Positions 58,982 to 64,000 of a stretch of DNA of 64,000 bases are shown piece by piece. Origin of the DNA: an uncultured Treponema sp. (GTDB lineage: Bacteria > Spirochaetota > Spirochaetia > Treponematales > Treponemataceae). The stretch spans positions 3,964-67,963 of the forward strand of contig CAMOWQ010000001.1 in NCBI GenBank assembly GCA_946628495.1, written 5' to 3'. The notes below the pieces were generated by a model that worked only from the letters and a program-made list of their open reading frames with translations, was not told the origin of the DNA and made no database searches. Position 1 is the first letter of the stretch. Each line of letters begins with the position of its first letter. The position numbers and the translations under genes were made by a program.

Positions 58982-60781
58982 TTAAAAATTAACTATGGAA
59001 ATCTGAACACTGTATGACAGATACGAACCTTCTTTTTGAACAAGAAGCGAGATATCATATTTACCTTTTGCCAAAGTACTCGTATCTATAGTCATCGTTT
59101 TTTGCTCACTGTAAAGTTTACCATCAAGCTTCCATTGATAACTGGTACAAACATCTTCTACCGAAAACGTTATAATATTTCCTTCTACGTTTCTTTTTAC
59201 TTCTATATCATTAAACGTCTCGTTCGCAAAACTAACAGAGGCTTCAACTTCGCCAATTTTATTTCTATCATAATAAATATTAACAACCGTACTTCCATCT
59301 GATTTGATTACAGTCTGTTCAAAAGCCTTTGCCGTAAATCCTTCAAATGTTTTTGCTGCAGCTACTGTATTTTCGCCAGCAACTCCCGTTAATGTCTGAC
59401 GTTCAGTAAGAGATTCGGAATACAAATCATTATCAGTGTTTTGCAGATAGTGGCAAACTACATAATTTCCAGAAACAGCAGGTTTTTCAGAAGTTGGTGT
59501 TTCTGAAGCGTCCGTTTTTTCCGAAGAAGCAGGTATCCATTTTGCATACAATGTAACAACAATCTGCTGTTTAGGAATTAAATCTTCCGGATTTATATCG
59601 TCTGGAATATCAATATCAATACCACCAGGAATTAAAGAACTAGGATCTAATCCGTCAGGTAACAAAGAACCTGTATCTAAACCGCCAGAAATCAAACTGC
59701 CTGTATCGGTTCCGCCAGAAATAAGACTTCCAACATCAATATCTCCGACTACATTACCTGTAGGATTTAACTTATCTTTAGCTAATTCCTCGGTAATTTC
59801 CGAAATTGTTTTTTCAATATCATCAGGCACTTTAAATAAATCAATTGAAATTTCAGTTATTTTTTCGCTTAAAAGAGTTACACCATCATCTTCCGAAAGA
59901 TACCAGCCGTCAAATGTATAACCAGCTTTTACAACATTAGATGCATTAGGAAGAGTAAAGGTCTTTCCAACAGTATAATTTACAGGAGCTTCATATCCTT
60001 CTACCCAAGAACCACCATTCAATTGATATTCAATTTTGTAAAGTTTAGACAGTACTTCTTCTGTTTTTTCTTTTTCATCTGTTGAAGTTTCAGTCTCTTT
60101 TTCTTTTTCGGTATCTTTTTCTTCAGCAGGCTGCTCTTTTTCAGGTTCTTTTCCTTCAGAAGTCTGTTCTTTTTCAGATTCTTTCTCTGTTTCTTTTTCT
60201 TCTGAAGTTTTCTCTTTATCCTTTTCTTCCGCAGGAGTTTCCTGTTCTTTTTCCTTATTATCATCAGGATTCTCTACTTCAGCAGGATCTTTCTGTGATT
60301 CAGGTTCTGTTTTTTCAACAACTTTCTTCATTTTAATAGAAAGATCATTGTTGCCTGACAAAACTGTAATTTCACCTGTTGTTCCAGTATAAAATTTTGT
60401 AATATTTTCAGAATTTGAAGAATCTCCGTTTGCAACGCTATAAATTACTGCCGAAATTGTAACTTTACTTCCCGTTGGAATAAAATCAAAAACAATACTC
60501 TGCCCTTCTGCAAAATCCGCAGTTTTCTGTGCAGTAAAATCGCCTTCCATGTTAAGATCAATTTTTAAAACATTTCCGGCTTCAACAAGTTCCGCTACGG
60601 TTCTTGCCGAAGATGATTTTGACATAGAAACATTTAATGAATTAACCATTTCACTTGTAATATCAAAAACGAGTTTTCCATGTCCGTTTGCCTGTGGTAA
60701 ACAACTTATCAAAGAAAAAGAAAGAATTGTAAATAAGATGAATGACAACACGGCAGGCTTTTCAAAACGATTATTCTTCAT
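58982..60781 (-). CDS. Surface lipoprotein with E/K-rich linker, InlB B-repeat, MucBP-like and Ig-like domains
   Basis: RBS AGGAGG before ATG 60781; lipobox LISC; KAGYTFDGWY...TLYAKW; HYLQN...AKTFEGFT..IKSDGSTVVNIYYDRN; YQWKLDG. Confidence 0.7.
   Translation of the reverse strand: MKNNRFEKPAVLSFILFTILSFSLISCLPQANGHGKLVFDITSEMVNSLNVSMSKSSSARTVAELVEAGNVLKIDLNMEGDFTAQKTADFAEGQSIVFDFIPTGSKVTISAVIYSVANGDSSNSENITKFYTGTTGEITVLSGNNDLSIKMKKVVEKTEPESQKDPAEVENPDDNKEKEQETPAEEKDKEKTSEEKETEKESEKEQTSEGKEPEKEQPAEEKDTEKEKETETSTDEKEKTEEVLSKLYKIEYQLNGGSWVEGYEAPVNYTVGKTFTLPNASNVVKAGYTFDGWYLSEDDGVTLLSEKITEISIDLFKVPDDIEKTISEITEELAKDKLNPTGNVVGDIDVGSLISGGTDTGSLISGGLDTGSLLPDGLDPSSLIPGGIDIDIPDDINPEDLIPKQQIVVTLYAKWIPASSEKTDASETPTSEKPAVSGNYVVCHYLQNTDNDLYSESLTERQTLTGVAGENTVAAAKTFEGFTAKAFEQTVIKSDGSTVVNIYYDRNKIGEVEASVSFANETFNDIEVKRNVEGNIITFSVEDVCTSYQWKLDGKLYSEQKTMTIDTSTLAKGKYDISLLVQKEGSYLSYSVQISIVNF
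59618..59737 (-). repeat. Four 30-bp (10-aa) coding tandem repeats
   Basis: DVGSLISGGT DTGSLISGGL DTGSLLPDGL DPSSLIPGGI. Confidence 0.8.
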
Positions 60782-60989
60782 AATGAATCCTCCTATAAAA
60801 TAACTACCGTATAAATAAAATTCGTAATATTCTAATAAAATATTTAGAATAATATTTATGTTACCAATTAAAACCCAATCTGTTGTAAGATTATAGCACA
60901 AAAAATTGAATATATGATAGAATAAAATTTGAATAATAAACAACTTTTTTATTCATAAAAGGCTAAATTTCAGCTTTTAAAGGGGCAGT

Positions 60990-61628
60990 ATGGAAAATCC
61001 GCAAAAAGTTTTTTATGCAAATCAGGCGGCTTCAATCATAAAAAAATTGCAGCTGCGAAAAATGCAGGGCTATTATTGCGAAGATGTTGAATCCGCAAAA
61101 AAGAAACTGGTAGAACTTCTTGGCGAAGGAAAAAAATCTGTAGGTTATGGCGGTTCAATGACTTTAGACCAAAACGGTTTTAAAGATGCAGTAACAGCTG
61201 CCGGTCATGAACTGATAATCCGCGAAAACTACAAAACTGACGAAGAAATTAAAGAGTGCAAGGCAAAACTTGTAAATGCCGATGCGTTTTTAATGAGTAC
61301 AAACGCCATCACTCTGGACGGAGAACTGGTAAATATTGACGGCCGCGGAAACAGGGTAAGTTTTATGATTTACGGTCCGGACTCTGTAATCATCGTTGCA
61401 GGCATGAACAAAGTTGCATCAAACGTAGAAGATGCAATAAGAAGAATCAGAAATATTGCTTCTCCGCCAAACTGCAACAGGCTTAACTGCGAAACTCCTT
61501 GTGCAAAAACAGGAAAATGCGGAGACTGTATAACAGATTCAATCTGCTGCCAGTTCGTTGTAACAAGAGTTTCAAGAGTAAAAGACAGGATAAAAGTTAT
61601 TCTGGTCGGCGAATCATTAGGATATTAA
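60990..61628 (+). CDS. LUD-domain (lactate utilization LutC/YkgG-like) protein
   Basis: GGSMTL, NAITLDGELVNIDGRGNRV, GMNK, PCAKTGKCGDC. Confidence 0.8.
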   Translation: MENPQKVFYANQAASIIKKLQLRKMQGYYCEDVESAKKKLVELLGEGKKSVGYGGSMTLDQNGFKDAVTAAGHELIIRENYKTDEEIKECKAKLVNADAFLMSTNAITLDGELVNIDGRGNRVSFMIYGPDSVIIVAGMNKVASNVEDAIRRIRNIASPPNCNRLNCETPCAKTGKCGDCITDSICCQFVVTRVSRVKDRIKVILVGESLGY

Positions 61629-61733
61629 TTCATTTTTAATAAATTGGAGGAAAAGAAAAAGCAGGATTTTTTCTGTAAAAAGCAAAATCATTTTACGGAA
61701 TATTAAAATCCGGATGCTTTTTCGATTTTAAGT

Positions 61734-63647
61734 ATGTGTGGAATTGTAGGTTATATTGGTAATAAAAATGCAGCTCCTGTTTTGGTTAAGGCGCTCAAAA
61801 AGCTTGAATACCGCGGTTATGATTCTGCGGGAATTGCAGTTTATTCTGGCGAAGAAATTCTTGTAAGAAAAGTTAAGGGTGCACTTTACAAGCTTGCAGA
61901 AAACATCACAGGCGAAATTATTCCTGATGGTGCAAAAAATAAGAATTTTTCCGAAAAGGAACTTGAACTGTTCAACAAGACAGATAAATTCGTAAGCGGA
62001 AATCTTGGAATTGGTCATACCCGCTGGGCAACTCACGGAGAGCCAAGTGATACGAACAGTCATCCTCATACAAGTATGGACGGTTCAATTTCTATTGTTC
62101 ACAACGGAATTATCGAAAATTATGCTGATTTAAAGGCAAAACTTCAGGCTCAGGGCGTTGTTTTTAAGTCTCAGACTGATACCGAAGTTGTAGTTCATTT
62201 AATCGACAAATATTATAAGGAAGAAAAAGATATTTTTAAGGCAGTTCGCCGTGCAATTCATGTGCTCGAAGGTTCGTATGCGCTTGGCGTTATCTGTAAA
62301 GATTATCCAGACAGAATTATTGCGTGCCGTAAAGAAAGTCCGCTCATTGTTGGTGTTGGAAAAGGCGAAAACTTTATTGCTTCTGATGTTCCTGCAATTT
62401 TGGAGCATACCCGCGATGTTTACTATCTTGGCGAAAAAGAACTTGTAGTTTTGTATGCTGATCACGTTGATTTGTTCAATTTCGAAGGCGAAAAAATTAT
62501 TAAGCAGATGAGCCACGTAGAATGGGATATGGATGCTGCAGAAAAAGGCGGATATCCACATTTTATGATTAAGGAAATTCACGAACAGCCAAAAGCCCTT
62601 GTTGATACAATGCGTCCAAGAATTATTAAGGATGGAAAAGGCAAACCAACCGACGTTTATTTTGAAGAAAACAAAATGGATGATTCATGGCGAAAGGCTA
62701 AACGTGTTGTAATTACTGCCTGTGGAACTGCTTACCATGCCGGAGTTGTTGCAAAATACGCTTTTGAAAAAATTGCCCGCATGAAAGTTGACGTTGATGT
62801 TGCAAGTGAATTCCGTTACCGCAATCCTATTTTGGATAAGGACGATATTTTTATAGTTGTAAGTCAGTCTGGAGAAACTGCTGATACTTTGAGTGCACTC
62901 CGTCTTGCAAAACAGAACGGACTTAAGGTTGTTGCAATTACAAACTGCGTTGGTTCAACTGTCAGCCGCGAAGCTGATGATGTAATTTATACAATGGCAG
63001 GCCCGGAAATTGCAGTTGCTTCTACAAAAGCCTATACAACTCAGGTTTTGTGCATGTATCTTCTTGCAATCAAAGCCGGAAAATTGCGTGGAACTTTAAG
63101 CGAAGAAGAAGCAACAAAACTTCTTAGCGAACTTGAATCTATTCCACAGAAAATTCAGCAGATTCTTGACGGAAAAGACGTTATTCAGAAGTTTGCATCG
63201 CAACAGTACAATAAAGATAAAATTTTCTATATTGGACGCCAGTTCGACAGTGCAACTTCGCTTGAAAGTGCATTGAAGTTAAAAGAAGTAAGCTACATGC
63301 ATTCCGAAGCTTTTGCTGCCGGTGAATTAAAACATGGTCCAATTGCTTTGATTGATCCGCAGACTTTGGTTGTTGCAATTGCTTCTAAACCTGATTTGTA
63401 TGAAAAAATCGGTTCAAACATGGTAGAAGTAAAGAGCCGCGGTGCAACTGTTCTTGTAATCACTCAGAATGGCGACGCATTCAAAGGAAAAACCGACGAA
63501 GTTTTTGCAATTCCTGAATGTTCAGAAACTTTGGCAAGCCTTTTGACTGTAATTCCGGCTCAGCTTTTTGCATATTATTGTGCAATTTTACGCGGTTACG
63601 ATCCTGATAAACCAAGAAATCTTGCAAAATCTGTTACTGTAGAATAA
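61734..63647 (+). CDS. glmS: Glutamine-fructose-6-phosphate aminotransferase
   Basis: MCGIVG, LEYRGYDSAG, GHTRWATHG, SQSGETAD, VASTKAY, ELKHGP, PRNLAKSVTVE. Confidence 0.98.
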   Translation: MCGIVGYIGNKNAAPVLVKALKKLEYRGYDSAGIAVYSGEEILVRKVKGALYKLAENITGEIIPDGAKNKNFSEKELELFNKTDKFVSGNLGIGHTRWATHGEPSDTNSHPHTSMDGSISIVHNGIIENYADLKAKLQAQGVVFKSQTDTEVVVHLIDKYYKEEKDIFKAVRRAIHVLEGSYALGVICKDYPDRIIACRKESPLIVGVGKGENFIASDVPAILEHTRDVYYLGEKELVVLYADHVDLFNFEGEKIIKQMSHVEWDMDAAEKGGYPHFMIKEIHEQPKALVDTMRPRIIKDGKGKPTDVYFEENKMDDSWRKAKRVVITACGTAYHAGVVAKYAFEKIARMKVDVDVASEFRYRNPILDKDDIFIVVSQSGETADTLSALRLAKQNGLKVVAITNCVGSTVSREADDVIYTMAGPEIAVASTKAYTTQVLCMYLLAIKAGKLRGTLSEEEATKLLSELESIPQKIQQILDGKDVIQKFASQQYNKDKIFYIGRQFDSATSLESALKLKEVSYMHSEAFAAGELKHGPIALIDPQTLVVAIASKPDLYEKIGSNMVEVKSRGATVLVITQNGDAFKGKTDEVFAIPECSETLASLLTVIPAQLFAYYCAILRGYDPDKPRNLAKSVTVE

Positions 63648-63683
63648 AAAACAGGGCAAATTTAGTATAAAATTATTTAAGTA

Positions 63684-63993
63684 CAAACTGGCGCAAAGGA
63701 ACGAATCGTGGGGCAAAAACACTTTTTTTGTTGCGCCGCAAAGCGGCATTAAATAGTTTCTTTGCAACAAAAAACGTGTAGCGCATTATTGCGCGATTTT
63801 GAACCACGAGCTCGTGACTGGAAGCCAATTTTTGTAATAGTTTTTTATACTATATTTGCCCTGTATCATTTATTCACCATATCATTTATGCACATGGCAA
63901 ACGCATTATAAACATGAATACACCAAAAGAAAAATGCTACCGGTCGAGGTTCGAATTTCAAAATCGCAGGCTCGCCTGCTACACGCCAGTTTG
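63684..63993. repeat. Inverted pair of REP/MITE-like structured units flanking an AT-rich spacer
   Basis: Nested inverted matches CAAACTGGCG/CGCCAGTTTG (63684-63693/63984-63993), CGTGTAGC/GCTACACG and GCGATTTTGAA/TTCAAAATCGC, plus internal hairpins. Confidence 0.6.
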
Positions 63994-64000
63994 CCTTGTA

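Noticed and set aside
61629-61733. glmS ribozyme
   Set aside because: Region is short and AT-rich and lacks the conserved ribozyme core.
23-63770. Numerous 60-170 aa ORFs antisense or out of frame to long genes
   Set aside because: Shadow ORFs without RBS or recognisable motifs.
63945-63960. GGTTCGAAT resembling a tRNA T-loop
   Set aside because: No T-stem pairing or cloverleaf; it is part of the inverted repeat unit.

Overview
AT-rich bacterial chromosome segment, most likely a gut or rumen Treponema (spirochaete). This is inferred from CheX, several MCPs, RpoN, spirochaete-style lipoproteins and LA_2272-like repeats. The left part is a nitrogen-assimilation cluster: an N-terminal half of carB, gltB, gltD and purF, with an AAA ATPase/ankyrin/LytTR cassette between gltB and gltD. 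The middle holds housekeeping and carbohydrate genes (proC, MATE, azlCD, SGNH esterases, rpoN, dCMP deaminase, sugar isomerase, cheX, cysK, xylB). The right part has a proteolysis/signalling region, an MCP, three large lipoproteins, a LUD protein and glmS. No rRNA, tRNA, CRISPR array or transposase was seen. Best candidates for something new: (1) an ECF sigma / membrane anti-sigma / exported caspase-family protease triad sharing an R-x-[KR]-G motif, next to PrsW and a fused Bpt-Aat N-degron transferase; (2) a family of about 80-bp GC-rich palindromic elements inserted in frame in carB and twice in gltB; (3) ANTAR-type hairpin-plus-terminator leaders on gltB (two in tandem) and gltD; (4) lipoproteins with a type V pilin-like N-terminus; (5) an orphan sRNA-like unit and a structured glmS leader. 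All family calls come from motif recognition by eye; no database searches were run.
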